Shown: piece after piece, positions 1 through 10,186 of the stretch | How the letters are laid out: every line of letters starts with the position of its first letter | Numbering within the stretch: the stretch's first letter is position 1 | Assembly: GCA_958296135.2 (NCBI GenBank) | Contig: CATQHZ020000001.1 | Coordinates: 224,001 to 288,000 of the forward strand | Origin: an uncultured Poribacteria bacterium | GTDB taxonomy: Bacteria > Poribacteria > WGA-4E > WGA-3G | Reading direction: 5' to 3' | DNA length: 64,000 nucleotides | Position numbers and translations under genes: made by a program | The notes under the pieces: model-generated | Databases searched by the model: none | Told to the model about the DNA's origin: nothing | Seen by the model: only the letters and a program-made list of their open reading frames with translations

Positions 1-300
1 GGGTATCGGGACCAGATGTCCCTCTTACTGAGTTGTGGGCGGGCTGGTGTGCCTGCCCGTGTGTTGCGTCTCATCTTGGACAGATTGTAGCAGCTGCCGC
101 GTTTTTTTTGTCAACGTATTTTTGAGAACAATCGAAAACCGCCGCTTTCACCGTAGGGCGAGGGAAAACCCGGCGCGCGCGAATCGGCGCGGGTTCCCCC
201 CGCGAACGCCCGACCTGCCCGGAAAACGCCTGCAGCCCCGCGGCCGCGAAGGCTTTCTGATGCGACCGATGCCTGGCGAGGGACAGGCCCTCGCCCTACG
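1..300 (-). repeat. Near-identical copy of the upstream/promoter region of the WD40 gene (matches 3139-3437)
   Basis: Direct comparison: gggtatcgggaccagatgtccctcttactgag...cctacgg occurs at 1 and at 3139. Confidence 0.9.
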
Positions 301-562
301 GGCTGCGGGGCGATTTGCCTCTCACTACCGTAGCGCGAGGGCCGTCACGCCGAAACGCTATCATCTCTGCAGCCTCGCTGCAGAGATGTCCACTGTCCCT
401 CGCGATCCCTCAACGAAACGGAAACCGTCCCTTTCACCGTAGCGCGGTGGCCTGTCCGCCGCGATCCCTCGACCTGAACGAAAAACGCCCGCAACCCTGA
501 GGCCGCGGACGCTTTCTGATGCGATCGATGCATGGCGAGGCACAGGACCTCGCCCTACGGTA
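145..562. repeat. Cluster of GTAG-type REP-like palindromes
   Basis: Repeated ccgtagcgcgaggg...ccctcgcga and ggcgagg.acagg.cctcgccctacgg hairpins. Confidence 0.85.
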
Positions 563-576
563 ACAGTGGCGTTTTC

Positions 577-3123
577 CTACTTCCGTATCACCATCTTTCG
601 CGTCGCCGAGAAATCACCCGCGGACAGCGTGTAGAAATACACGCCACTCGCAACCGGCTCTCCCTGCGCATTGCGGCCATCCCAATACGCGGCGCGGGAC
701 TTGCCCGAATATACGCCAGCCGGAACTTGGCCCACCTCCAAGGTGCGTACCAGTTTCCCATCCGATGCGTGAATCCTGACGGTGACCTCTGCGGCCTGTG
801 CCAATGCATACGGTATCCACGTTTCCGGGTTGAACGGATTCGGATAGTTGGCAAGCAATGCGGTTTGTTTCGGCGTTAGACTTGCGAGGAGCTGCTGCAG
901 CACGGCAATGCCGCGTTGATACGCAGGGTTTGCGAGATCTAGCCGTTGCGCCTGCGCGAGCCACTGTTGCACATCCGCCGCCCGTAGGAGAGACCTCCCG
1001 GTCTCGATTTCCCCTTGTAGGAGAGCCCTCCCTGTCTCGATGCTCCCTGTCCCGATATGCCCCTGCGCGAACCCCGGCGCGCCAGCTGCCTCCCCAAAGG
1101 CCCCCGCCACCAACACCAGATCCTGAATGTTGACAACGCCATCGCCGTTGACATCGGCCGGATTGTCTGCACTTGTCTGTCCGAACTGCGCGGCGACAAG
1201 CGTTAAGTCCAGAATGTCCACCACGCCATCGCCGTTGATATCTGCGGCGATTTGCACCGGTGTGGGTGCAGACGGTGCAATGTCCCAGAGGAGCACGGTG
1301 CCATCATCACTGCTACTGGCGAGTGTGTTTCCATCGGGGCTGAACGCAACGCTCCAGACATAGTGCGTATGTCCGGTGAGTGTGTTTAGTGTGTCGCCGG
1401 TGACCACATCCCACAGCCGGACGGTGTCGTCCTCACTCGCACTGGCGAGCGTGTTTCCATCGGGGCTGAACGCAACGCTAAAGACATTGTCCGTATGTCC
1501 GGTGAGTGTGTTTAGTGTGTCGCCGGTGACGACATCCCACAGACGGACGGTGCTCCCACTCCCACTTGCGAGCGTGTTTCCATCTGGGCTGAACGCAACG
1601 CTATTGACACTAGAGGTATGTCCGGTGAGTGTTTGGCGTGTGTCGCCGGTGGCGACATCCCACAGACGGACGGTGGTGTCCCTACTCGCACTTGCGAGTG
1701 TGTTTCCATCCGGGCTGAACGCAACGCTCCTGACATTGCCCGTATGTCCGGTGAGTGTTTGGCGTGTATTGCCGGTGGCGATATCCCACAGACGGAGGGT
1801 TTCGTCCGAACTCGCACTGGCGAGCGTGTGTCCATCAGGGCTGAACGCAACGCTCCTGACACCGCCCGTATGGCCGGTGAGTGTGTTTAGTGTGTCGCCG
1901 GTGGCCACATCCCACAGCCGGACGGTGTCGTCCCAACTGCCACTTGCGAGTGTGTTTCCATCTGGGCTGAACGCAACGCTCCAGACATAGTGCGTATGGC
2001 CGGTGAGTGTGTTTAGTGTGTCGCCGGTGGCGACATCCCACAGCCGGACGGTGTTGTCCTCACTCCCATCACTTGCGAGTGTGTTTCCATCCGGGCTGAA
2101 CGCAACGCTCCAGACCCAGCGCGTATGGCCGGTGAGTGTTTGGCGTGTTTCACCGGTGGCCACATCCCACAGCCGGACGGTGGTGTCAAAACTCCTACTT
2201 GCGAGTGTGTTTCCATCGGGGCTGAACGCAACGCTAATGACATTGTCCGTATGGCCGGTGAGTGTTTGGCGTGTCTCGCCGGTGACCACATCCCACAGCC
2301 GGACGGTGTAGTCCGCACTCGCACTTGCGAGTGTGTTTCCATCCGGGCTGAACGCAACGCTATAGACATTCAAGGTATGTCCGGTGAGTGTGTTTAGTGT
2401 GTCGCCGGTGGCGACATCCCACAGACGGACGGTGGTGTCCCTACTCGCACTTGCGAGTGTGTTTCCATCCGGGCTGAACGCAACGCTATAGACCCAGTGC
2501 GTATGTCCGGTGAGTGTTTGGCGTGTATCGCCGGTGGCGACATCCCACAGACGGATGGTTTCGTCCCAACTGCCACTTGCGAGTGTGTTTCCATCGGGAC
2601 TGAACGCAACGCTAGAGACCACCCAGGTATGTCCGGCGAGTGTGTTTAGTGTGTCGCCGGTGGCCACATCCCACAGCCGGACGGTGTCAAAACTCCCACT
2701 TGCGAGCGTGTTTCCATCCGGGCTGAACGCAACGCTAATGACATTGTCCGTATGGCCGGTGAGTGTTTGGCGTGTGTCGCCGGTGGCGACATCCCACAGC
2801 CGGACGGTGTTGTCATCACTCGCACTTGCGAGCGTGTTTCCATCCGGGCTGAACGCAACGCTCAAGACAACGCCCGTATGCCCAGTGAGCAGTGCCACTT
2901 CTTGGTAAGTTGCGGTATCGTAGAGCCAAATCCCGATGGAACTCGCAACCGCTAGCAGGGTGCCATCGGGAGAATACGCAATCTCGCGGATGCGGCCTTT
3001 GCCGAGGCGTAAGGTGGCCCCTTCGGGTAAGTGCCACTGTGGAGAATCTTGGGCGGTGGCGGGTGTCAGTGCCATCGCGGCGGTTAATAGCAGGGTTAAG
3101 GTTAAAAGCGTTAATGTTTTCAT
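577..3123 (-). CDS. Secreted WD40-repeat protein (14 blades) with dockerin-like and C-terminal FlgD-Ig/T9SS-like domain
   Basis: Signal peptide; 13 near-identical GH..V.SVAFSPDG..LAS....TVRLWD repeats plus one divergent repeat; DINGDGVVDILD/DVNGDGVVNIQD dockerin; NYPNPFNPETWIPY...WDGRN..GE.VASGVYFY tail. Confidence 0.95.
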   Translation of the reverse strand: MKTLTLLTLTLLLTAAMALTPATAQDSPQWHLPEGATLRLGKGRIREIAYSPDGTLLAVASSIGIWLYDTATYQEVALLTGHTGVVLSVAFSPDGNTLASASDDNTVRLWDVATGDTRQTLTGHTDNVISVAFSPDGNTLASGSFDTVRLWDVATGDTLNTLAGHTWVVSSVAFSPDGNTLASGSWDETIRLWDVATGDTRQTLTGHTHWVYSVAFSPDGNTLASASRDTTVRLWDVATGDTLNTLTGHTLNVYSVAFSPDGNTLASASADYTVRLWDVVTGETRQTLTGHTDNVISVAFSPDGNTLASRSFDTTVRLWDVATGETRQTLTGHTRWVWSVAFSPDGNTLASDGSEDNTVRLWDVATGDTLNTLTGHTHYVWSVAFSPDGNTLASGSWDDTVRLWDVATGDTLNTLTGHTGGVRSVAFSPDGHTLASASSDETLRLWDIATGNTRQTLTGHTGNVRSVAFSPDGNTLASASRDTTVRLWDVATGDTRQTLTGHTSSVNSVAFSPDGNTLASGSGSTVRLWDVVTGDTLNTLTGHTDNVFSVAFSPDGNTLASASEDDTVRLWDVVTGDTLNTLTGHTHYVWSVAFSPDGNTLASSSDDGTVLLWDIAPSAPTPVQIAADINGDGVVDILDLTLVAAQFGQTSADNPADVNGDGVVNIQDLVLVAGAFGEAAGAPGFAQGHIGTGSIETGRALLQGEIETGRSLLRAADVQQWLAQAQRLDLANPAYQRGIAVLQQLLASLTPKQTALLANYPNPFNPETWIPYALAQAAEVTVRIHASDGKLVRTLEVGQVPAGVYSGKSRAAYWDGRNAQGEPVASGVYFYTLSAGDFSATRKMVIRK

Positions 3124-3279
3124 TGGATTTCTCCTTTTGGGTATCGGGACCAGATGTCCCTCTTACTGAGTTGTGGGCGGGCTGGTGTGCCTGCCCGTGT
3201 GTTGCGTCTCATCTTGGACAGATTGTAGCAGCTGCCGCGTTTTTTTGTCAACGTATTTTTGAGAACAATCGAGAACCGC

Positions 3280-3790
3280 CGCTTTCACCGTGGGGCGAGG
3301 GGAAACCCGGCGCGCGCGAATCGCCGAGGGTTCCCCCCGCGAACGCCCGACCTGCCCGGAAACCGCTTACAACCCCGCGGCCGCGAAGGCTTTCTGATGC
3401 GATCGAGCCTGGCGAGGCACAGGACCTCGCCCTACGGTTTGAGCGGCATTTTTAGTCCCCGTAGCGCGAGGGCCGTTACGCCGAAACGTTGTCCTCTCTG
3501 CCGCCTCGCTGCAGAGATGTCCACTGTCCCTCGCGATCCCTCGACCTGAACGAAAAACGCCCGCAGCCCAGCGGCCGCGAACGTTTTTTGATGCGATCGC
3601 TGCACGGCGAGGCACAAGACCTCGCCCTACGGTTTGAGCGGCATTTTTAGTCCCCGTAGCGCGAGGGCCTGTCCCTCGCGATCCTCCGACCTGACTGGAA
3701 AACGGCCTTTTCACCGTAGCGCGAGGGAAAACCCGGCGATCGCGAATCGCCGAGGGTTCCCCCCGCGAACGCCCGACCGGCACGAAAAAC
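3280..3790. repeat. Cluster of GTAG-type REP-like palindromes
   Basis: Same hairpin units as 145-562, several copies. Confidence 0.85.
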
Positions 3791-3858
3791 GTCCGAAGCC
3801 CAAGACTCTTGAACGTAGTTGTTCAGGGCTAAGTCACGGTGCTCGGCCCTGAAATTAC

Positions 3859-5277
3859 CTACCCATCCAGATGGAAAATCGCCATCTTCACCTCGGTCAT
3901 CTCCTCAATCGCGTACTTCGGACCCTCTTTGCCCATCCCGCTCTCTTTGATACCGCCATACGGCATCAAATCGGCGCGCCACTGCGTACCCCAGTTTACC
4001 ATCAAGTTGCCAGACTCTACCTCGCGCACGAACCGCATCGCCCAATCGACGTTCTGCGTGAAAATCGCCGCGCTCAACCCGTAATGCGTATCGTTGGCGA
4101 GGGCAATCGCCTCGTCGATATCGTTGACGCGCGTCACGCCGACAGCCGGCCCGAAGACTTCATCGCAGGAAATTTTCATCTCCGGTTTAACGTTGGCGAG
4201 GATAGCGGGGGTGACAAACTGAGCCTGCTTCTCGCCGCCGGTGAGCAGTTCAGCACCGTCAGAGACTGCTTCCTGAATCCATTCGCTGACGCGCGCCGCG
4301 TCCGTTTCGCGAATCATCGGCCCCATGCGGACACCCTCCTCCAACGGGTTACCGATGCCGATTTGCGCAACTTCGGCTTGGAACGCATCCAAGAAATCAC
4401 CGTAGATTTTCTCGTGCGCGATGACGCGCTGCGTTGAGATACACACCTGTCCAGCGTTAGAATAGCCGGATGCTGCAGCAGCGCGGGCAACCTTCCCCGG
4501 GTCCGCGTCCGGCATCACGATGAGCGGCGAATTGGAACCGAGCTCCATCGTGACGCGCTTCAACCCGGCAGTGTGACAGATGCGTTCGCCGATGTCGCGG
4601 CTGCCCGTGAAGGTAATCTTTCGGACGCGCCGATCGGCACAGAGGGCATCGCCGATGTCGCCGCCGGGGCCCGTCAAACACTGAATCGCCTCGGGCGGCG
4701 TGCCTGCCTCTAAAAAGAGTTCTACCAATTTCAACGCCGAGAGCGGGGTATCGGTGGCAGGTTTGATGATAATCGCGTTGCCGCCGGCGATGGCCGGACC
4801 CGCTTTGTGGCAGACGAGATGCAGTGGGAAGTTGAACGGGCTAATCCCGACGACGATGCCGCACGGCACTCGCACGGTGAAGCCGAGTCTGCCTTTCACG
4901 CCAGGCGCGCCTTCAAGCGGAATCGTTTCGCCGGTTAAGCGTTTTGATTCTTCGGCCGAGAGCGCGATGATCTCCGACGCGCGCGTCGCCTCAATCGTCG
5001 CTTCTGCCAATATCTTGCCCTCTTCCCGGGTGATGACTTCGGCGAGCTCCGCAGAACGTGCCACCATCAAGTCAGCGACTTTGCGCAGGATTTCATACCG
5101 TTCATAGCCGGTTAACCCTGCCATGATTTTCGCGCCGCGCTCAGCGGTTTGAAGCGCAGTCTCCACGTCACCTGCATCGCCACGCGGGACAGTATCGACA
5201 ACCGAGCCGTCAAAAGGACTCAGGACATCAATTTTATTGGATTTGTCAATCCATTCTCCACCTACATGCATTCGCAT
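3859..5277 (-). CDS. Aldehyde dehydrogenase family protein
   Basis: PFNFP, FTGS, ELGSNSP, catalytic GQVC, EVFGP, PYGGIKESG motifs; start moved to the ATG behind a GGAGG site. Confidence 0.95.
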   Translation of the reverse strand: MRMHVGGEWIDKSNKIDVLSPFDGSVVDTVPRGDAGDVETALQTAERGAKIMAGLTGYERYEILRKVADLMVARSAELAEVITREEGKILAEATIEATRASEIIALSAEESKRLTGETIPLEGAPGVKGRLGFTVRVPCGIVVGISPFNFPLHLVCHKAGPAIAGGNAIIIKPATDTPLSALKLVELFLEAGTPPEAIQCLTGPGGDIGDALCADRRVRKITFTGSRDIGERICHTAGLKRVTMELGSNSPLIVMPDADPGKVARAAAASGYSNAGQVCISTQRVIAHEKIYGDFLDAFQAEVAQIGIGNPLEEGVRMGPMIRETDAARVSEWIQEAVSDGAELLTGGEKQAQFVTPAILANVKPEMKISCDEVFGPAVGVTRVNDIDEAIALANDTHYGLSAAIFTQNVDWAMRFVREVESGNLMVNWGTQWRADLMPYGGIKESGMGKEGPKYAIEEMTEVKMAIFHLDG

Positions 5278-5394
5278 AATTCCGTTTTCCTCCGTTTTTG
5301 GTCTGGACAGACACATACACACATACTGCCAGTATGTGTGGTAGACGCGGTTTCCAACCGCGCCTACTGAGGTGCTGCGTCGGCCCTTTTGGTT

Positions 5395-6162
5395 TCAATT
5401 TCTCGTTTTCAGCGCCGCCCAAGTTGTCGCCGCTTTTCCTGCGGCGGTGACAGCGGCGTAACCTGCCAACCCGTTGTCCATCACATCGTTCAAGTCAGCT
5501 TCAGAGAGTGCTTCTGTGAAGAATCCGACTTCGTCAAAGAGTCCAGTGGCGGCAACATCGCCAGGGCGCGCCCCGAGCCAGATTGGGCTTTCACTTGTAT
5601 CCAGCGTGCCACCGCTTGGTTGCTCACCATCAAGTTCGCCATCGATGAACATCTGCACATTCTTGCCATCGTAGACTTTGGCGATGTGATGCCACTCGCC
5701 ATCAGCAACCGGCGTCTGTCCATCAATGCGGCCGACGGTGCCTTTGACGTGCCACATGAAGACAGGGTAGTCGGCATCATGGATCCAGATATCGAGATGC
5801 CGCACCTCTTCTGCCTCCGGCCAGACATCGCCGTTGCGCCAGACGACATACTGCCACGAGGCTTCTTCCAATTTTACCCACGCGACGAACGTGTAGGCAT
5901 CGGCGTTGAAAACATCATCGTGCTCAATGCGGACGTAACTATCGCCTTGCCCTGGGAATGCCAACGCGCCGCCAAATTTACCGTCGCGCACCCATTTCAG
6001 AGCCCCTTTGATGTCGCCATCGTGCCCACTGACGATGTCGCGGGCAACCTTGCCGCTATTCTCTTCAAACAGCCATGCACTGGCTAGACCGAGTTCTGCG
6101 GCATCAATCGGCACGCATGCACCGATGATGAGAATGCTTAAAATCAAGAGCATTGTTTTCAT
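5395..6162 (-). CDS. Secreted LamG-like jellyroll protein
   Basis: Signal peptide, W.F.E..G, GKFGGAL.F, WHHIA..YDG...FIDG, DEV..F; C-terminal GKAATTWAALK tail. Confidence 0.9.
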   Translation of the reverse strand: MKTMLLILSILIIGACVPIDAAELGLASAWLFEENSGKVARDIVSGHDGDIKGALKWVRDGKFGGALAFPGQGDSYVRIEHDDVFNADAYTFVAWVKLEEASWQYVVWRNGDVWPEAEEVRHLDIWIHDADYPVFMWHVKGTVGRIDGQTPVADGEWHHIAKVYDGKNVQMFIDGELDGEQPSGGTLDTSESPIWLGARPGDVAATGLFDEVGFFTEALSEADLNDVMDNGLAGYAAVTAAGKAATTWAALKTRN

Positions 6163-6280
6163 TCGGTTTCTCCTTAGGATACCAAATTCCTGTCTGTCGT
6201 TCGGACGAACCCCATAGGCGCGCCCACGGTGGATTACACGGTTTCAAACCGCGCACACAGTTACGTGTGGGTTTTCGCTA

Positions 6281-6763
6281 TTACTCGTCCCGGCGGATCC
6301 AACTGACTACGTCTTCTGCCTCCCCGGTGCCGCCTTCAAGCCCATCGCTACCGAAGGACAGAAGGTCATAACCGTAAGAGTCATGCACACCGGGCCGGAT
6401 GTAGACGTAGGGGTTGCCCCAAGGATCTACCGTAATCGGGATGTTGATGTAGGGCTCAGTCCAGTTGACCGGGAGTGGCGATGCTTCAGGTTTCTCCCAA
6501 AGGGCATTAAGCCCCTGTTCAGTTGAGGGATAATCGCCGTTATCTTTGGCGTATCGATCGAGCGCGATGCCGAGCGTCTCGATTTCTTCAGCGGCCTGTG
6601 CTTGGAGAGCGCGGCCCGCTTGTCCTAGCAACCGAGGTGCCAACAGCACCGCCGCAATAATTCCGATGATGGCAACGACAACGATGATTTGGACAGATGT
6701 TAAGCCGGCTTGACTCCGCAATAGCGGCTTGCAAACTGCGTCTTTAAAATCAATTTGTTTCAC
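6281..6763 (-). CDS. gspG: Type II secretion major pseudopilin GspG-like
   Basis: Hydrophobic N-terminal helix, ALDRY..DNG.YP.TEQGL.AL, DPWGNPY.Y..PG, YDLLSFG.DG.EGG; GTG start after GGAGG. Confidence 0.85.
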   Translation of the reverse strand: MKQIDFKDAVCKPLLRSQAGLTSVQIIVVVAIIGIIAAVLLAPRLLGQAGRALQAQAAEEIETLGIALDRYAKDNGDYPSTEQGLNALWEKPEASPLPVNWTEPYINIPITVDPWGNPYVYIRPGVHDSYGYDLLSFGSDGLEGGTGEAEDVVSWIRRDE

Positions 6764-7066
6764 GTATGTGCCTCCGCTAATCTGTTTCACCCGCCTCTCA
6801 TATCGGGCGGTTTCAAAAAATTGTATCATATCTCGCGAATTGTGTCAAGGCGAAAATCTGAATATCTCTCGTTTAATTGTTGACACAATTTGCATTCTTA
6901 ACTATAATAAATGAAGAGGGACGCAACCTCAAGCCGGAGGCGCGCTTTGTAAGCGCGCAACGTAGTTCGTGCGCGGTTGCAAACCGCGCCTACCGGTGGA
7001 GGATGAGCGCACTTGCGTGTGTCCTGAAAGGCTATAGTCTCAAAACAGGAGAGGAGGAACCCCACA

Positions 7067-8278
7067 ATGGCGAAAACGGTGTGCATTGTCGGGACGATGG
7101 ATACAAAAGGACTTGAATTTGCATTCATCAAAACGCAAATCGAATCAAGCGGTGTCTCAACGTGCGTTGTGAATACCGGGATTATGGGCGAACCGCAGCT
7201 GGAGCCAGATGTCCCAGCTGATGAAGTCGCGCGGAAGGCAGGCTCATCGCTGCAAGTACTGCGCAACGAAGGCGACCGGGGCAATAGCGTCGCTGTCATG
7301 GCACAGGGCGCAGCGGCAATCGTTGCAGAAAAACAGACAGCAGGCGAAATCGATGGCATCATCTCACTAGGCGGCTCCGCAGGAACAACTATCGGGACAA
7401 CAGCGATGCAGGCACTGCCGGTGGGCGTTCCGAAAATAATGGTGTCTACCCTCGCATCGGGCGATACAAGCCCTTATGTGCAGTCCAAAGATATTTGTAT
7501 GATGTATTCGGTGGTAGACATTGCCGGCATCAACCGCTTATCGAGACAGATTTTGGCGAACGCCGCCGGCGCAATCGTCGGAATGGTGAACGCAGCAGCA
7601 CCCGCTGCAGCAGAAGCCGATAAACCCCTCATCGCCGCCACCATGTTCGGCGTAACCACGCCGTGCGTCACGAAAGCGCGCGAAATTCTTGAAGCCGCCG
7701 GCTACGAAGTACTCGTTTTTCATGCTACCGGCACCGGCGGACAGGCGATGGAAGACCTGGGCAAAGGCGGCTTCCTCGCCGGCGTGTTAGACGTGACAAC
7801 AACAGAACTCGCCGACGAACTCGTCGGCGGTGTCCTCAGCGCAGGACCGGATAGACTGGAAGCCGCAGGACAAGCCGGATTACCGCAAGTCATCGCGCCC
7901 GGCGCACTAGATATGGTGAATTTCGGACCGCGGGATACCGTACCTGAGAAATTCCGCGACCGGCTGTTCTATCAGCACAACCCAACGGTGACGTTGATGC
8001 GGACAACCACAGAAGAAATGGCCGAATTAGGGAGAATCATGGCGCGCAAACTGAACCAAGCGCGGGGGACCACGACGGTTATCATTCCGACACGAGGCGT
8101 ATCCGCAATTGACATGACAGAACAACCTTTCGATGCTCCCGAAGCGCGCGCTGCATGGCGCGAGAATTTGAAGGCGCACATCGGAAGCAACGTTACCGTC
8201 ATTGAGATGGACGCGCACATCAACGATGATGCGTTCGCAACGAAACTCGCGGAGACATTGTTGGAGAGTCTGCAATAA
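7067..8278 (+). CDS. Tm-1-like ATP-binding domain protein (UPF0261)
   Basis: GTMDTKG.E, GGSAGT, MFGVTTPCV, FHATG.GG, GALDMVNFG motifs. Confidence 0.9.
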   Translation: MAKTVCIVGTMDTKGLEFAFIKTQIESSGVSTCVVNTGIMGEPQLEPDVPADEVARKAGSSLQVLRNEGDRGNSVAVMAQGAAAIVAEKQTAGEIDGIISLGGSAGTTIGTTAMQALPVGVPKIMVSTLASGDTSPYVQSKDICMMYSVVDIAGINRLSRQILANAAGAIVGMVNAAAPAAAEADKPLIAATMFGVTTPCVTKAREILEAAGYEVLVFHATGTGGQAMEDLGKGGFLAGVLDVTTTELADELVGGVLSAGPDRLEAAGQAGLPQVIAPGALDMVNFGPRDTVPEKFRDRLFYQHNPTVTLMRTTTEEMAELGRIMARKLNQARGTTTVIIPTRGVSAIDMTEQPFDAPEARAAWRENLKAHIGSNVTVIEMDAHINDDAFATKLAETLLESLQ

Positions 8279-8325
8279 CGGACGGATAGGGACATCCGCC
8301 CTGACGCGCTTTTTGGAGGAAACCA

Positions 8326-9216
8326 ATGGAGACTAAAACGGACAAAACCCTTACCGAAGCAGAGATTAACCATTTCATTGAGAAAGGGCATATTATCCTG
8401 AGAGACTGCTTCCCGCAGGAATTGGCAGAAAAGTGGAGAACGTTCGCCTATAAACGGCTCGGTTATTCTCCAGACGATTCGGCGACGTGGGAGATGCCGC
8501 GCATCCACCTGCCTTCAATGAATCGGGTGCCGATTAAAGACGTGGCACCGCGGGCGTGGCGTGCTATCTGTGAACTGCTCGGCGGCGAAGAGCGCATCGC
8601 CGGTTCCGAACCGTCGTGGGGCGATGGATTTATCATCAACTTCTCACTCGGCGCGGATTCGCCGTGGCAACCGCCTTCTCCAGAAGTCGGCGGTTGGCAT
8701 AAAGATGGCGATTTCTTCCGCCATTTCTTGGATAGCCCCGAGCAAGGGCTCCTGACGATTGTCGCCTGGTCGGATATTTATCCGAAGAGTGGGGGAACCT
8801 TTGTGGCCTGCGATTCTGTCCAGCACGTCGCGCGGCGGTTGTCCGAGCATCCGGAAGGATTGCTCCCAAGCGGGTTTGGCGGGCTCATTGAGAAGTGCAA
8901 GGATTTCGTCGAAATCACGGGGAAAGCCGGGGATGTTGTCCTCTTGCATCCGTTCATCTTACACGCCGCGTCGCAGAATCCGTCGAAACGCGCCCGGTTT
9001 ATCACGAATCCGCCTGTCCATCTCAAAGAGCCGATGAATTTCAACCGCGAGCATCCAGACGATTTTTCGCCGGTGGAATTAGGGGTGTTACGCGGGTTGG
9101 GGAAGAGCCGTCTGGATTTCAAACCGACTGCACCGCGGGAACGTTTGGTGCCAGAGCGCGTCAAACGCCAGCAGAAAATGTTGGAGGAGCAGAAAAAGCG
9201 GCTGGCGGTGGCGTAA
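8326..9216 (+). CDS. Phytanoyl-CoA dioxygenase-like (Fe/2OG) protein
   Basis: F.EKG.I.L, WHKDG (HxD), G..GDVVLLHP...HA..N. Confidence 0.8.
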   Translation: METKTDKTLTEAEINHFIEKGHIILRDCFPQELAEKWRTFAYKRLGYSPDDSATWEMPRIHLPSMNRVPIKDVAPRAWRAICELLGGEERIAGSEPSWGDGFIINFSLGADSPWQPPSPEVGGWHKDGDFFRHFLDSPEQGLLTIVAWSDIYPKSGGTFVACDSVQHVARRLSEHPEGLLPSGFGGLIEKCKDFVEITGKAGDVVLLHPFILHAASQNPSKRARFITNPPVHLKEPMNFNREHPDDFSPVELGVLRGLGKSRLDFKPTAPRERLVPERVKRQQKMLEEQKKRLAVA

Positions 9217-9227
9217 TTTTTCACTAA

Positions 9228-9445
9228 GCGGCCCCGCAGCCCGTAGTGCGCGGTCCTGTGCCGCGCCATATCTTCACGGTTCCCGTAGAGCGCGGTCCTG
9301 TGCCGCGCCATATCTTCACGGTTCCCGTAGGGCGCGGTCCTGTGCCGCGCCATGCCACAAGCGGCCCCGCAGCCCGTAGTGCGCGGTCCTGTGCCGCGCC
9401 ATATCTTCACGGTTCCCGTAGGGCGCGGTCCTGTGCCGCGCCATG
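9228..9445. repeat. Tandem REP array (ccgtag.gcgcggtcctgtgccgcgccat) x5
   Basis: Five directly visible copies with alternating short linkers. Confidence 0.9.
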
Positions 9446-9466
9446 CCTGCTGACGTGAGGAAAGCT

Positions 9467-9674
9467 ATGCAATTTCAAGACATCGCGAACACCTATTGGC
9501 GAAACATTCAGCAAACCCGACGCGAAGCTGAGGCAACCACAGAACTCTCTTTGCATACGCATCTCAAGACGTTTTTGGAACAAGCCGCGGCGCACTTAGG
9601 AGCACTATCGGAGCATGTTGGTTGCAATCGCAGAGACGCTCAGCATCATGGCAAAATTGGATACGGCTTGCTAG
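9467..9674 (+). pseudogene. Deletion remnant of a type ISP-like restriction-modification gene (N- and C-terminus fused out of frame)
   Basis: MQFQDIANTYW...TTELSLHTHLKTFLE resembles type ISP N-termini; a shifted frame gives EHYRSMLVAIAETLSIMAKLDTAC*, resembling their C-termini. Confidence 0.6.
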
Positions 9675-9727
9675 GGCCCGACCGGTCGCGAACGGACAAA
9701 GAAGAGGCACTGCCCGGAAGGGCTCTC

Positions 9728-10081
9728 CTACCGGTGTTCTTCATCGTAGATGAGAAATTCGATAACCTTCTCCGCGGTTTGGGGGGTTAAGCCGGAGCCC
9801 GGTTTTCGCATCATTTTGTAGACGTAGGTTCGCCATTCCTCTGGTTCAAAATCAGAGTTAATCGGGCGCGCAAGAGTGTGGCATCGGCTACACTTGCGCG
9901 CAAATACCTCGTAGGCAGCCTGCATTTTCTGCGGATAGGCGGAAACGTCAATGAAGTTCGGGCCTTTATCCGCCGGATAGGTTTTCAGCACAGCGCGCGG
10001 GGCACGCAGCGCGAAGATTATCCCGATGCCAACCAGCACGATGACACCGAGGACGACTATCCAAACAATTGCGCGTTGCAT
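9728..10081 (-). CDS. Membrane-anchored monoheme c-type cytochrome
   Basis: N-terminal TM helix, CSRCH heme motif, W..YV.KMMRKPGSG axial Met region. Confidence 0.85.
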   Translation of the reverse strand: MQRAIVWIVVLGVIVLVGIGIIFALRAPRAVLKTYPADKGPNFIDVSAYPQKMQAAYEVFARKCSRCHTLARPINSDFEPEEWRTYVYKMMRKPGSGLTPQTAEKVIEFLIYDEEHR

Positions 10082-10186
10082 CTGTGCGTAAACTCCATTC
10101 TCTTCTCCGGGCCGGGTTTACGGAAGCCTGTCAATCGTCACACGCCCACCCGTTACAACGTCTAACGTCACAGCCCCGCCATGGAA

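Noticed and set aside
1127-2955. Multiple alternative-frame ORFs over the WD40 gene
   Set aside because: Shadow ORFs produced by the stop-poor repeats.
9228-9445. CRISPR array
   Set aside because: The linkers are short and themselves repeated, the unit is a GTAG palindrome dispersed through the window, and there are no cas genes.
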